Source of the DNA: Yuukianura sp. NJ FZ-2021
Lineage: Eukaryota
Assembly (NCBI GenBank): GCA_046563655.1
Contig: CM102287.1
Coordinates: forward strand, 8,804,001-8,868,000
DNA: 64,000 nt
Reading direction: 5' to 3'
This document shows, in pieces, positions 36,438 to 51,600 of the stretch. Position numbers and translations under genes: made by a program. Under the pieces are notes generated by a model, which was not told where the DNA came from, did no database searches, and worked only from the letters and a program-made list of their open reading frames with translations. Every line of letters starts with the position of its first letter. Position 1 is the stretch's first letter.

Positions 36438-36645
36438 AGAGGTGGTAGCACGCTATTGTATCAACTTAATTGTATCAACTGAATTGCGTCAACTAGAATT
36501 TTGTCAAAGCTAATTGTATCAACTTGTGCAAAACATAATTGAACTTAGGTTTGACTAGGTTCGTTGATGTAAGTAACCGTTGATGCAATTTCAGTCGACA
36601 GAATTCAGTTGACGCAATGACAGTTGATACACTTCACACAACTCA
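36438..36645. repeat. Degenerate inverted array of (A)TCAACT / AGTTGA(T) units, probable old foldback MITE
   Basis: Left half repeats TTGTATCAACT, right half repeats GTTGATGCAA / AGTTGATACA; no clean TSD found. Confidence 0.5.
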
Positions 36646-37349
36646 ACCGATCCAATGTCATGCAGCCGAAATGATTTGTTCCTAATTGATTTAACTCTAT
36701 TGGTTTAAAATTGCCGAAAAAATTAGAATGTTGAAGAAATTCAAAGATCTTCCAAGGAATATTTAGTGGTGCGGGGTTACATAAAAATTCGAGCGTATTT
36801 TGTATTTCGTTTCGTGTGATGAAATGATGCAGATGCCTTGCGGTTAAAATGAAGACAGTGATGTGGTGAACATTTCTTTGCTTTTTTTGTGATGTAACTT
36901 GGGTTGCAATTAGTTTGTCACTTAAAGTTGACGATTTAATATAAATAGTTAAAATGAGGATTTCGCAGATATGGGTTTTTGGTAAACCATATAATCCAAG
37001 TTCCGATTTCTGGAAGTCATGTGTACACATAGTATCTGCATTTTGATGCAAATTAATTAACCAACTTGGTTTATAAAATTTTTTGAAAGTTCAAAATTTA
37101 GAGATTTCCATAAGCCTGTCCTAACCAGAAGGAATCAAGTTCATTATAATTAACCAAACTTTGGCTACACGCTAAAAAATGTCTTTATTTCTTGAAGTAT
37201 TCAATTTCTGATTTGCACAGAACAGATACTGTGTCCACCCTCATTAGAAAGCTTTTTTTAAGATAAAAGTTTTAAAACTGTATAAAACTCGCAGAACTTT
37301 AGGATTTGTTTCGTAACGACTTTGTAATTTTGAAATTTTGAAATTTAAA

Positions 37350-37634
37350 ATGAAGACTGTCGCGTTAGTTTTGTTCTTTGGAGCTATGGCGCTTGCTTCT
37401 GCAAGTTTAACGTTGAAACTGGAAATTGAAGCTGACCAAAACAAGGATGACCAGGATTTCGACCAACCTCTGACGGAGCCCGGCAAATTTGAATCTCGAC
37501 AGCCAGTCAAACAAGTCGACCCGGGATTTTTTCCATTTTTCAAGCGCCGAAATGGAGATCGAGAGCCTGGACCAGTAGAAGAGGCTTTGGCTAACAGAGC
37601 TGATTTTCCATTACTTCGTTCAATATATCCGTAA
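37350..37634 (+). CDS. Small secreted acidic protein (94 aa)
   Basis: TATAAAA at ~37281; signal peptide MKTVALVLFFGAMALASA; KRR site; ends SIYP* like the 40140 gene. Confidence 0.7.
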   Translation: MKTVALVLFFGAMALASASLTLKLEIEADQNKDDQDFDQPLTEPGKFESRQPVKQVDPGFFPFFKRRNGDREPGPVEEALANRADFPLLRSIYP

Positions 37635-38175
37635 CATATCTTTGCCAGGCATATTATAATATTACAACACAGGAATATTAATATAACTAACAGTAATATT
37701 AATATAATATATCTATTTTTTCTGAAGTTAAAGCTATTAGTATTATGTATCATGGTTTATAAATTTTACATTTATACTTGTGGCAAGGTTGGTTCTTCAA
37801 GGCTTAATAAATTTCTGGTGACACCGCAGAAGAGTTGGCGATATGAAGTATAAGTTTTATTGCAAATTTTTTAATTTCGACACCACAATGTTATCCAGTA
37901 GTACCTCAAGAAAAATTCGGCTAAGAAAATCTCGGTTCCTGTTCATTTCACACCTTGTTCGCTTTTCGAATTAGAAAGAATTTGATTATGAATTTTGGTT
38001 TTTGGTCAACCAAAATTTTTGACTATGAGAAGAGAATATTGGTAAAGGTGATATGTAAGGACTTAATTGGTCTTTAATTAACCAAATTACTCCTTCCGTT
38101 TTAGATTTTAGCTGCATAAAACGAGCTGCTAGGCTCCTTCAATTCGGAATTTAATTTTTCTTTGAAAAAAAAAAA

Positions 38176-39454
38176 ATGAATTCAGCCGTTTTTGGTTTGT
38201 TGCTTGGGAGTTTGGCTCTCGCAGCCGGACTTGCCAGTCCTTTTAACGTAAGATAACCCAAATATATATGTAAATTCTATTAAAATTTTGTTTTATTTTT
38301 ATAATGCTGTTGTATTACCTAAATACATTATATACAAAACATGTTTTTCTTATTTTAGGAGAAGGGCGAGTTGCGCATTGGAGGAGGTTGTATGTCGGAG
38401 CAGGAAGTGGAAGAACATAACGCCGGAGGGCATTCGTACACGGTCGGGTTCACACCATGCGAACGTGGCGCAGTTTGCATTGAAGGTAAATGTGGATACA
38501 GGACTGGATTGCTCGTTCCAGCTCATTTGACAAAAGACTATTTCGACTATACTGGACCGACACAACAGATTCTCGGTAAAGACAAAGTCACATGGGGTCC
38601 GAAAACGCTGGATTTAAAATATGACCTCGGAGAGAACGTCATCGGAGCAGAAAGTTCAGGTATTTATTTCGTAGATGTGCTCAAAAAGTCATTCGGTATA
38701 AACGGAAGCTAATGTTGTAGGACCAGAGAGTGAGGAAGACGATGACGAGGGGCAAACTCCAGGCAGAACACTCGAACTCGAATTACGACCGGATCAAATG
38801 TATGATATCCTACCAGTACAGTTGACCAAGGAAATCCGCGTCCCACAAGTTACACGCGAGTTTCAAACAGAACGCCAACTGACCAAGGAAATCCGCCTTC
38901 CACAAGTAACTCGCGAATTTCGACCAGAACCACGACAACAACTGACCAAGGAAATCCGCCTTCCACAAGTTACACGCGAGTTTCGACCAGAACAATATCA
39001 AATCAAGACAGAGGAACTCCGCGTAGGTGTTCCACAAGTTACGCGCGAGTTTCGACCAGAGCAATACCAACAGGTGACCAAGGAAATCCGCCTTCCACAA
39101 GTTACACGCGAGTTTCGCCCAGAACAATACCAGCAGGTGACCAAGGAAATCCGCCTTCCGCAAGTTACACCCGTGTTTCGACCAGAACAATACCAACAGG
39201 TAACCAAGGAAATCCGCCTTCCACAAGTTACACGCGAATTTCGACCAGAGCAATACCAGCAGGTGACCAAGGAAATTCGGCTTCCGCAAGTTACACGCGA
39301 ATTTCGACCAGAGCAATACCAGCAAGTGACCAAGGAAATTCGCCTTCCACACGTTACGTATGAGACGCAAGTTGTACCAAGAACCGAGCATCGTCAATTT
39401 GTCGTCAAGAGCAATCCGGGAGGAGACGTTTCCCTTGACAGCATTTTGTATTAA
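38176..39454 (+). CDS. Secreted protein: 4-Cys module + acidic linker + 21-aa tandem repeats (exons 38176-38247, 38359-38659, 38721-39454)
   Basis: MNSAVFGLLLGSLALAAGLASPFN/EKGELRIGGGCMSEQEVEEHNAGG...CERGAVCIEGKC...; in-phase introns; QVTKEIRLPQVTREFRPEQYQ repeats. Confidence 0.82.
38818..39360 (+). repeat. Coding 63-bp tandem repeat, ~8-9 units
   Basis: Unit differences are mostly at third codon positions in the + frame. Confidence 0.92.
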
Positions 39455-40139
39455 AATGAAAACCGATATGTTTACCACATACTAACATCCATGGTGGAAC
39501 CACGGACATATCCCAGTCAATTGCACACTATAAAAAAAACAATTTGTTCTAAATTTTTGAAAATTTATTAAAATTTGATGATCACCGATTGGCTATAATA
39601 TAAATCCAACCTTGAATGAAGTTTAACTTATTTAGTCCTTTTGGGTAAATTTTGGTCGTTTTTTTTTTGACTGAAAGAACACTAAATTGCTTTTCATGAA
39701 TTGCTCTAACATTGCATTAACGTTATAGTTACGAATACGTACGAATGCAAAATATAATCGAAGTTAAAAAGGTCAAAAGGTTAAAAATGCTAAAGAAATT
39801 CGACAGTTTGAGATAAATACTAATTAGCACTAGAATTTTTTCTGTTGATTATCGCGGTTATTTTAAATTGGACACTCCAAAGGTAACGATGGAGCTTAAC
39901 TACACTTCCTGGATTCGGTTTTTTTGGTCAACCATAGTTATATAAGATACTTCCCCAAAAAATTACATGCGCCACACATTGAATTTGTTGTAACCCCATT
40001 CTTATAACATTATCCAAATTCGCTGTGATTGGTCTGCTATACCAACGATACTCCACTCCAGCTATAAAACCGCTCGTTTCACTTATGTCAACTGTTTCAA
40101 ATTTGGAATTTCCCAGGTTCGAAATTTCCCAACGTCAAC

Positions 40140-41276
40140 ATGAATTTTGTTACCTTGAGTTTCCTGTTCGGACCGTTTGCTCTTACATCTGCCTACACTT
40201 ACACCTATGGTGTTCCAAATCCAATTACCGTAAGCAAATTTAAGGTCAACATTAGTCATAGAGTTGTCAAGGTCATTTCGGTGTTTTTTCTATTAACTTA
40301 ATAGAAAAAAAATCAAAATCGCCTTGACAACTCTATGACATTAGTTACCTAGAATTACATAGATATCAAGGTTCTTGACATCCAAATTGTATTTCCTAAA
40401 GCAGGTTGTTCAATAACTAGGGTTAGCAAAAATCTTGCTTCAAAATTTCTGCACCAATTCCTATTAATATAAACCATAGAAAGGCACGGCGAAGAAAATT
40501 TTGCAAATTATTTAACAAAATTAAAAACGTCGAGTTATTGGACAACCTGGTGTAGAAAAATATGTTTTTATTTGTTTACGAACCTTAGATATAGTAATTA
40601 AATGTTATGCTAATATATTTACCAGGAATCTGGAGAGTTGCGTATTGGAAGTTTCTGTATGACGCCGGCTGAAATTGAGCAACACAACGCTGGTGGAAAC
40701 ACGTACCAAGTGGAGTACCGTACTTGTGAACGCGGTGCGGCATGTTTGAATAACAAATGTCTCCAGTTATGGACCAGCCCATACGCAAGTGAATATTTCT
40801 CAGGAACGGTGTACAAGAAGAAACGTCCTGCACAGGCGCAACCTCAACGTGCCGGACAGATTAAGATTTTAAGCGGAAGTAGTACTGGCAGTGGTGGATT
40901 TCGGATTCTAGATGACAAAGAGGGGGCACTTCTGACCAGTCAAGGCTCAAGGGCTCCTACGCCTGATGACTACGTCGTACCACAGGAGTTCCTCCGAACA
41001 GCAACCAACGAAATTCGAATTATGCCGCAAAAGGAACTCGAATTTGAACAAGTTGGATTTCCGGAACAAGCTGAACAGGTTACTCGTGAATTTCGACCTT
41101 TTCGATTTGTACCTTACCAGATTATTCGTGCACCGCAAACTCCTCGAGAAAATCACATCGATCCGCAGTATACTGCTAGAAACTGGATCGTCGAAGAGAG
41201 TCGTGAAGGTGATCCTGCACTTAGCAACATGATGGTTCCAACCCATAAACGTATTCCAATTTCAATTTATCCATAA
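40140..41276 (+). CDS. Secreted protein with the same 4-Cys module (exons 40140-40229, 40626-41276)
   Basis: TATAAAA at ~40063; MNFVTLSFLFGPFALTSAYTYTYGVPNPIT/ESGELRIGSFCMTPAEIEQHNAGG...CERGAACLNNKC; one QVTREFRP unit. Confidence 0.8.
40257..40337. mobile_element. 81-bp MITE with CATAG termini, perfect 8-bp TSD ACATTAGT
   Basis: TIR CATAGAGTTGTCAAGG / CCTTGACAACTCTATG; ACATTAGT at 40249-40256 and 40338-40345. Confidence 0.88.
40367..40586 (+). mobile_element. MITE family A copy in the same intron
   Basis: CAAGGTTCTTGACA...ACGAACCTT; degenerate (T)AGATAT flanks. Confidence 0.82.
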
Positions 41277-41722
41277 TTTACATATTGAAAGAATGTAAAC
41301 ACACTGCATTCTTACATATTATAATATGTACTTATAATATCATCAGTGGATTTTATCAATGCTATTTGGATACAATTTGGTTTAAATATTCCATCTCACA
41401 TAATATTGGAGTTGGATAGATGTAATTTGTCTTTCCAATTTAGAATTTTAGTTTTCTTCGATATAAATCAGATAAATTAAATTGGTTCCAAAATTCCAAA
41501 TTTAAAATTGATACTTTAAATATTCAAATTTTTTCAAGCGCTTTCATACCTTCTTAGTTTGCAGAAGCACAACGATCGAACCATTTTCATCTATATCACA
41601 CGACAATTAGGAAATAACACTTGACATTCAAAGATCATTTGAGTTCAATGGTTGAATCGCGTTTTGGTAAATAAGCGAACAAAATTTATTGAAAAATTTT
41701 AAATTTTAAATTTTACGTAACT

Positions 41723-44032
<2,310 letters not shown>

Positions 44033-44411
44033 TTTTTAGAAAACCAAAAACCGAGAAATCAATTTCAGCTAAATTCTGGTGAAAATGGAATTTTTGGGGA
44101 AAAGGTTGTAAATTTTTTATGTACTTATACTGAAGTTTGTGAATTAAATGCATCCTTCCGTAAGTAAAACGCATGTAACTGACAACAGCAATCTTTTGGG
44201 GTGTGTTTTTTATCACTTTATCTTTTGTTTGTTACAAAAAATAGAATAAAAGGTAAAAGTTTATTCACTTTTCGTTTTTATAACATAACACTCCAAAAGT
44301 CAAACTTTACGTATTATAAATATAAATAGTTTCGATAAATTTGATTTATAACAACTTTTTCCGAACTATTCTTCATTTTTTGGTATAATTATAATTAAAT
44401 TTTGAAGTTTT

Positions 44412-47182
44412 TCAAATATTGATTTCTCCTGAAGAAATTTTTGATAGGATTTGAGGTGTTAGCGGTTCAAATTTTTTGTTTTGGAAAAAGTACATGTTGT
44501 CTTGCCCAATTTTTTCCATATCGAGTCCATCTTTTTTGAAATCGGATTTCTTCAACTTGTGCGTAACTGTTGAAATTTTAGAATTTTTGGCAAATGTAAA
44601 CAATAGACAAAATTTTTACTTTAGTTTCAATATGCTAAAGTTTGTTCCAATTTTTTTTTTGAACTTACGCGTATTGCCTATACTGTGTGGAACACGTAAG
44701 AACCTTGGTATAGCAAATTCTGGAAGGTCAAGCGTCAACCCGTCTGCCAAGGCATCAAGGTCCAATGAATTCGACGGATCAGCCATAACTGCCATTCCAA
44801 CTGAACCGTCAACATTTGGCACTTTGACGCCAAACACAACTGCGTCATGGCTGTGCGTTATTTTGTTTATGACGCCTTCAACTTGTGTCGCAGAAACATT
44901 TTCACCTTTGAACCGAAAACTGTCACCAATTCGATCTTTGAAGTAAAAGTAGCCTGTGGCGTCTTTCACACAAAGATCACCTTAACATGCAAAAAATACA
45001 AAACAACATCAAAAAAGTAAACTTTTTAAGAAAAAGTTTCAAAAAAGTAGTTTTTTAAATTTTTATGAGTTACCGGATCTGAAAAATTTATCTCCATTTG
45101 CTCGTACGTTGTACAGTACTTTGTCTTTCGTCTGCGATGAGTCTCCAGCATAACTTTAAACCAAAAATTTCAAAAAGTGTAAAAAATGTTGTGCTTTTTA
45201 ATTTTGAAATTTTTTGGCACCCTTTGAATTCTCTTGTAATATCTCCCTGGATCATTTGTCCCACTAATTCTCCCGGTTCATTTGCTTCTGCTTCTTCTAC
45301 TAAACCGGTTTCCGCGTTTCTGATTGGCTGTTCATCATCGTCCAATCGAATCAGGATAACCGGGATTCGGTTTTTCATGTAATTAGGAATGTAGCCAAAA
45401 GCACCAGGGTATCCGAAAGCATTAACTGCAGAGGGGTAAAATTATGTAAGACATTTCGACTCAATTTTGACAAATTGAATTCAGGCTTACACATATTGCA
45501 GTTCCCTTCAGTTGAACCATAGAATTCACTGATCAGTGGGATTTTGAACCGAGTTTGAAATTGGCTCCAAATTTCTGGGCGTAATCCATTGCCCAACATC
45601 ATCCGAATTTTGTGTTGGGTTTCTTCTGGAGTCACAGGATGGCGTAGTAAGTAGCGACAAATTTCTCCTATGTATTGCGCCACCTTTATAAACGCACAAA
45701 ATTTCAAGTTTTGTAATTTTTTTTTAAATAAAATTTTCGAAAATTTCACTTACGGTGACATTGTACTTGGCACAATCCTTCCAGAACTCAGAGGCGCTAA
45801 ATTTAGAACGGATGACCAGAGGAGTTCCCCTGTGTAAAGCAAATCCTGTTGCGACGATTCCAGCAGCTAATCAAATTTTCAAACGTTTTGGAAAATTTAG
45901 CAAGAATTTAAAAGAAAAAGTTGTTTTTAAATTTTTTGAGTAAACACGAATTGTTTCATTACTTGTGTGCTGTAATGGAAAACAAGTGTACACGATATCG
46001 TCTGGTTTCAGTCCTACGATTGATGACATTGCAAAAGACGCCATGAAATACCTGTTGTAATTCCGAAAATTACGAAATACTAAATAATTAAACTACCACA
46101 AAAATTTAAGCACAAAAAGATTGGAAATAATATTTAAGTGCGCGTTATACGCGAGTGCGCGTTATACGCCGATAAATAGGGTACTACATTTGTTGCTGAT
46201 CAACAAATTACCTAGCGTGTTTGATAATGGCTGCCTTTGGAACTAAAAATGCAGAATTACTTTAGTTTAATCTCAAATTCATCCTGTAATTACGAACTAC
46301 TTTTTGTATATAGCACTTACGTCCAGTTGTACCGGAGGTATAGATGTAGAAGAGATCATCATTATATGTTACTGGGGAGGTCGGAATTGGTGTTTCGGCG
46401 GAGCACGATTCTAAAGCCTGGTCGATATCAATTGATTTCAAACCGGTATTTGCCGGGTTTCGTCCGGTACAATACACGGGAATGTGGGACTGTCCTCCAT
46501 ATGCATTCTCCACCACTAAAGAAATAAAATCCAAGTCAAATTTTTTGAAAAAATTGAAATTTCATGATTGGAAAATTTTTCGTGACCATTTAAAAGCTCT
46601 TTTCCACAAATAATTGCTTTCGGTTTGACAACTTGAATGGAGTGTTTGAGCACGTCAGAGACTAGATTCGAGTTTACCAGGGCAGGAACTACACCAATCT
46701 AATTAATATAAAAAATTTAGTGTATATAATATAAAAATACATTATAACTAAATAACTTTTTGGGACATGTGACTGACCTTGCTAAGCCCAAGCCATATCA
46801 GAATGAGCTCCACTCGATTGGTCATGAATAAAGCTACGGTATCACCTTTGACAAATCCATTCTTGGCGAAATAATTTGCGACGCGGTTACTTTGAACTTG
46901 GACATTTTTGTACGACCAAACATTTTCGTTAAAGTAAAAGCAAGGTTGTTCTCCCTTCTTTTTAGCTAAAACATCAAACACTTTTCCAACAGGTTCGTTA
47001 CGACGTCTCAACTTGCCCAAATGATACAGCATTTTACAATACCGGTACAGATACCTGTTTGTTGAAAAATTAACACAGATTTAACACAAGAAACAAAAGT
47101 AAATAGTATAACGTTGTATGCTGCTTTTTTTTTCGTAAATTTACCTCGTATCATGGAATAAGAATCTCACCAAACCTTTCAT
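44412..47182 (-). CDS. Fatty acid transport protein / very-long-chain acyl-CoA synthetase (SLC27/FATP family)
   Basis: [14 protein letters not shown] across an intron, [45 protein letters not shown]. Confidence 0.93.
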
Positions 47183-47496
47183 CTTGATTTTTTACACAAG
47201 CCGAACTTCAAAAAAACTCGCAAAAATAAACCTTTTCTTTTCTAGATGTTAGATCTTGTAGATGCAAATTCGGTCTAAAATTTAGTCTAAAACTGAAATT
47301 GTGATTTGCCAAACCGAAATGTTTAAGTTATGAGTGGATGCAGGTGTTTTTAAAGCAAAAGTTAACACTTCGATTTTTTGTGTGAATTTTCATATCCTCT
47401 AACTATAATGCTTAAACTTTTAGTCCTTTTTATCTTAACTCCACTGCCAACTGTTCATTGCTCCATATCTCTAAATGCTAAAGTTTTTGTTATTAC

Positions 47497-47693
47497 CAGG
47501 GTTGCAAAAAATATTTACTTCCCATGCCTGTAATGTTAACAAAATCAATATTTTGAGCATTTTTGTTACAAAATATTTATTTATTTCCCCATGCCCTTAA
47601 TGTTAAGCCAGTAAATATTTCGAGCTTTTTCAGTAAATATTGCATTTATTTAAATATTTCGCTGGTTTTTAGTAAATATTTTTTGCAACCCTG
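47497..47693. mobile_element. hAT-type MITE, perfect 8-bp TSD GTTATTAC
   Basis: TIR CAGGGTTGCAAAAAATATTTACT / AGTAAATATTTTTTGCAACCCTG; GTTATTAC on both sides; internal direct repeat TTCCC(C)ATGCC. Confidence 0.9.
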
Positions 47694-48651
47694 GTTATTA
47701 CAAAATGTATTTACTATGCCCATGACCTCTGGACTTGGTGCGGTTGAACAAGAAATGAGTGTCTATTATTTACCAAAGTCATCTAATACTCTCAGACTTT
47801 TCCACTCTCTTATAACAAAATTGTAGGTCTAACTATAAAAAAAGTACGCTCTACTACACCCACACAGTACTGAAAAATAAACCGAATTCCGGAAAAATGT
47901 GTAGTCCTAGATTAGCCGAAAGCCGTCAATAATGGCGAATTGCCAACAATAACTAAAAGTGGAGCAGAATGTTTTAACTTCAGGTTTGGTAGAAGATTAC
48001 CAAAAAATAGCCAGGATTACCTTTCAATAAAATTGTATTAAAAATTAAAGAAAAAAAGAATTCAATAACTAAGAGTTTAAAGGAAGAATGCATTTCTGAT
48101 AATTGTTTAAAACAGGAATTGTTAAATTTCGATGTTCGTGTTAGAATTCCAACGTTTTTTCGCGACATTTAAATTAAGCGACATGATACAAATCAGGTCA
48201 GGTGACAAGCTTTGTTTTATCAGAAACCCCGCCGTTTTTAAATTCAAACTGAATTAGTGGCGGGAAAAAGTGTGGACATTGAAAGACGGGATGTTTAAAC
48301 TTTTAAGAAACTTAAAAGTATAAGAACTTTTAATGAAAAGTTCTCAAACATGGAATCTTTTCATTATTTTTTACTTTGCTTTAAATTGTTGTAATTAAAT
48401 TTAGTTATTTAGGAAAAGAACTAATTCAGGACTTAATTTTGTTTAAATTAAAAAAATAATGAAAATAATATGCCCATCACTGATGCAAAAGGGGTGCATG
48501 TAATATAGTGTTGTGTAGGTAAGTTTGAGAGTAACAATTTTGTTTTCGGTAAGTCAGCTGTTGCTTGGCAATCGGGCCTTTCATTTTTTCTGAAAACCTC
48601 AATTACTAATTAAAGTCAACTAAGTTTAATTTAAACTTGCAGGTCCAGTTA

Positions 48652-51600
48652 ATGATGGGTTTCGTATGCGCAGTAGCAGACTGTTCGAATTGTCAATCGG
48701 GTATTACAGAAGGATACAGGCCGTACTTCCGGTTTCCAATTAACAGAAGAGAACTTTGTGAGCAATGGATCATCGAATGCCGAAGAACGGACAAGTTCAA
48801 CCCAGCGGACTTTCGCGTATGTCCAGATCATTTTTCCGCTGATGACTTCGAACGCGACGTGGAATCCGAGCTAATGCATAGGATGAGATTAAAGCCGGAT
48901 GCCGTTCCCCGTTTACATCCTAATAGACTAAAGATCGAGGAAGACGAAGACGAGAGTAAGCCATAAGTTAACGTTCACAACTTATTTTAAACATTGCAAT
49001 CTTCGATTACTAATTTGATTTTTTATTCAAGTACTACCGGATTCTGGAAGTACAACATCGGAGAAAGTCATTCAGCCTTCATTTAATCTAGAGAATGGTG
49101 GCTGCGTAGTATGCGGAGACTTAAACTGTCTCTCCATCCAATCATACGAATCAGACCTAGAATTAATGAAGGCATGGCGAGCAGGCTGGGCAAAATCACT
49201 TTGCAAGATGTTGGACGTAGGAAGTGGCTATGAAGAAACTTTCTTAGAAGGAAAATTTTGTTCTCGGTGTCAAGAGATGGTATGTAAAGGCGAGGCTGCA
49301 ATGAACTTCCTTCTACATCTCCAGGATCAGCTGAAAGAAGTTGAAAAGAAGCTGCAGCAACTTTTCCATAACAAGGATTCCATAAAGATCGAAAGTCATG
49401 ATGAGTCTGATGATGACATGGAGTCAATTATCAACAGTGTCAGATTCGATAGATTGAATTATAATTGGACTCCACCAACAGTTGACTATAATTGGACCCC
49501 TCCAGCAGCTGATCCAGTAACCTCGGCCATTGATCCGCTGGGTGGTTTTGGAGAAGATGGATTGATTCCGGTAAAGAAACGTCCAACAATAAGCAGGCTT
49601 AAGGAATTGAAGCAACGACAAGAACACCGCCCCTCTACGTCACCACTAACTGCAAGCCGTCGTGGTCCTGGTCGCCCTCGTAAGAAAGTCGTTGAATCTC
49701 AACCGATGGAAACAGATACAGATCCATTTGATGGTGTACATAACACTGACCTAGTAGCTCTTCCACTTACCACGGAGCGACAAGGCAATTTATCAATCAT
49801 TTAATTTACTTTAGCAAAATGGCAGTATTCCGATTCAGTAAAACGTTTAACATTTCTTTTGTTCATAGTTTCCTTAGACGGAATGGAACTGAAGCAAGAC
49901 GACGATGATTTTGGTGATCTGGGTCCACACCAATTTGAAAATGTATTCGCCAGTTTTATGCAGTTAGGTGATACGGAGACAAGAGATGGAGAAACCGAAG
50001 GTATGACATGAAAGTTGTAACAAAATTATTGTAGATTACTTATAATTGTGATATGCATCATGTAATAAACGTTTTCTGGTTGAATAGCTACAGGAGGTGA
50101 AGATTTGATTTTGAATTTACATTCAACTGAGTTAGCGTCAACTTCTGAGGACTTCAGTACGAATGCTGCGGACCAAGCTAAACAAAAACAGTTACAAAAT
50201 GCGTTTCCGGATTGGCGTTTACCTCAACGTGCTTCCCGATACATTTGCAACCACCCAGACTGCTTTTCTCGAGACTTGTGCTTTTCTCGTCCCACGCTGG
50301 TTCGAACTCATTGTCAGACTGAACATCCAGGTCAAGGTCTTGATCTCACACCTTACCACTGCTCAAATTGCGAAGATCGATTTGTTACCGCCGACAATCT
50401 CCGAGTGCACAAACTACAAACTCATCCTGAACTGGATCCAAACAAGTACGGATGTCCCTTCTGTGCTCAAAAGTTTCACAGCAGTGGAAGCCTTGGAACG
50501 CATTTGCGGTATTGTAAAAGCAACAACACTTCTACTAAAGCTAAAGCTGAGCCGAAGCCTGCAAAGGTGAAAATCCCACCGTGTCCAATTTGTGGCAAAA
50601 CTTTTGAATGGCCAGAAGAAGCCGAACACCATGCGACTCTCCATGGAAAAGACGAGCCACGAAAGCAAAAAACATGCGTAATGTGTTCTTCGGTGGACAA
50701 ACCCAAAGTGTTTCGCAGCAAAGCTGAACTGAGACGCCATGTGAACTTCTCTCACAATATTCCGGAATCGATTCCTCCTCGTGTACTGAGTAAGGGAAAA
50801 AGAGCCAAAAAAGCTTCTTTACGTCTGCGACTGAAGCGAGCTCGGATTGTAATGCAAATACGGAGATCTGAACGTGAGCATCTCAAGAAGGACGTAATTT
50901 TCTGTAACTTTCCAAAATGTATGGCCGGTAACGCAATTTTTTCCTCCCGGTTACGACTACGAACACATTTGAGAACAGAGCATAAATTCACTGTATTGGA
51001 AGCTTTATGCACCTACCATTGCGATAAATGTGAGTTGCGGTTTGAACATTCCAGCCAATTGGATGAACATAAACGACGTGCCAAATTTGATCCACGGCAT
51101 GATGTTGAACCAGAAGATCCGGAAGATCTGTTTTGGTCTTCAGCAGAACCAGAAGAATCAGCTGATCGACCAAAGCGTACCGGAAAAACAGCTGACCAGG
51201 CTACACCTAAACCTACTGAAAATTACACATCTTTCCTCTGTTCAGAATGCGGTTACTTCTGCAAGTTCAACTGGCAATTACAGTATCATATCCAGATCAA
51301 TCACAGCGCAACAGGAGTCATCAAGTGCAAATTGTGCGGAAAATGTTTCCGGGGTTCACAAAAAGAAAAAGAAGATGCTGTACGATCACACGAACTTCTT
51401 CACTCTGATGACAATGTTTTTGGATGCGTCTTTTGCGACAAGAATTTGAGATCAACTATCGAGCTGGCCCAACACGTTCGGGATGTTCATGAAGATTTTC
51501 CATTCAAATGTAACGAGGAGGGCTGTGGAAAAGGATTTGAACTGGAAGTTCAATATCAAAAGCACATGAAGAATCACACCGCTAATGCTCGAGTTTACAA

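Noticed and set aside
38810..39478. Antisense ORFs with Cys/Trp or Leu-rich repeats (38810-39478, 38998-39333)
   Set aside because: Shadows of the + strand 63-bp coding repeat; variation is synonymous in the + frame, which also has the signal peptide and splice sites.
46137..46184. GTGCGCGTTATACGC x2 followed by CGATAAATAGGGTA in a FATP intron
   Set aside because: Resembles one end of a Tc1/pogo-type MITE, but no matching second TIR was found.
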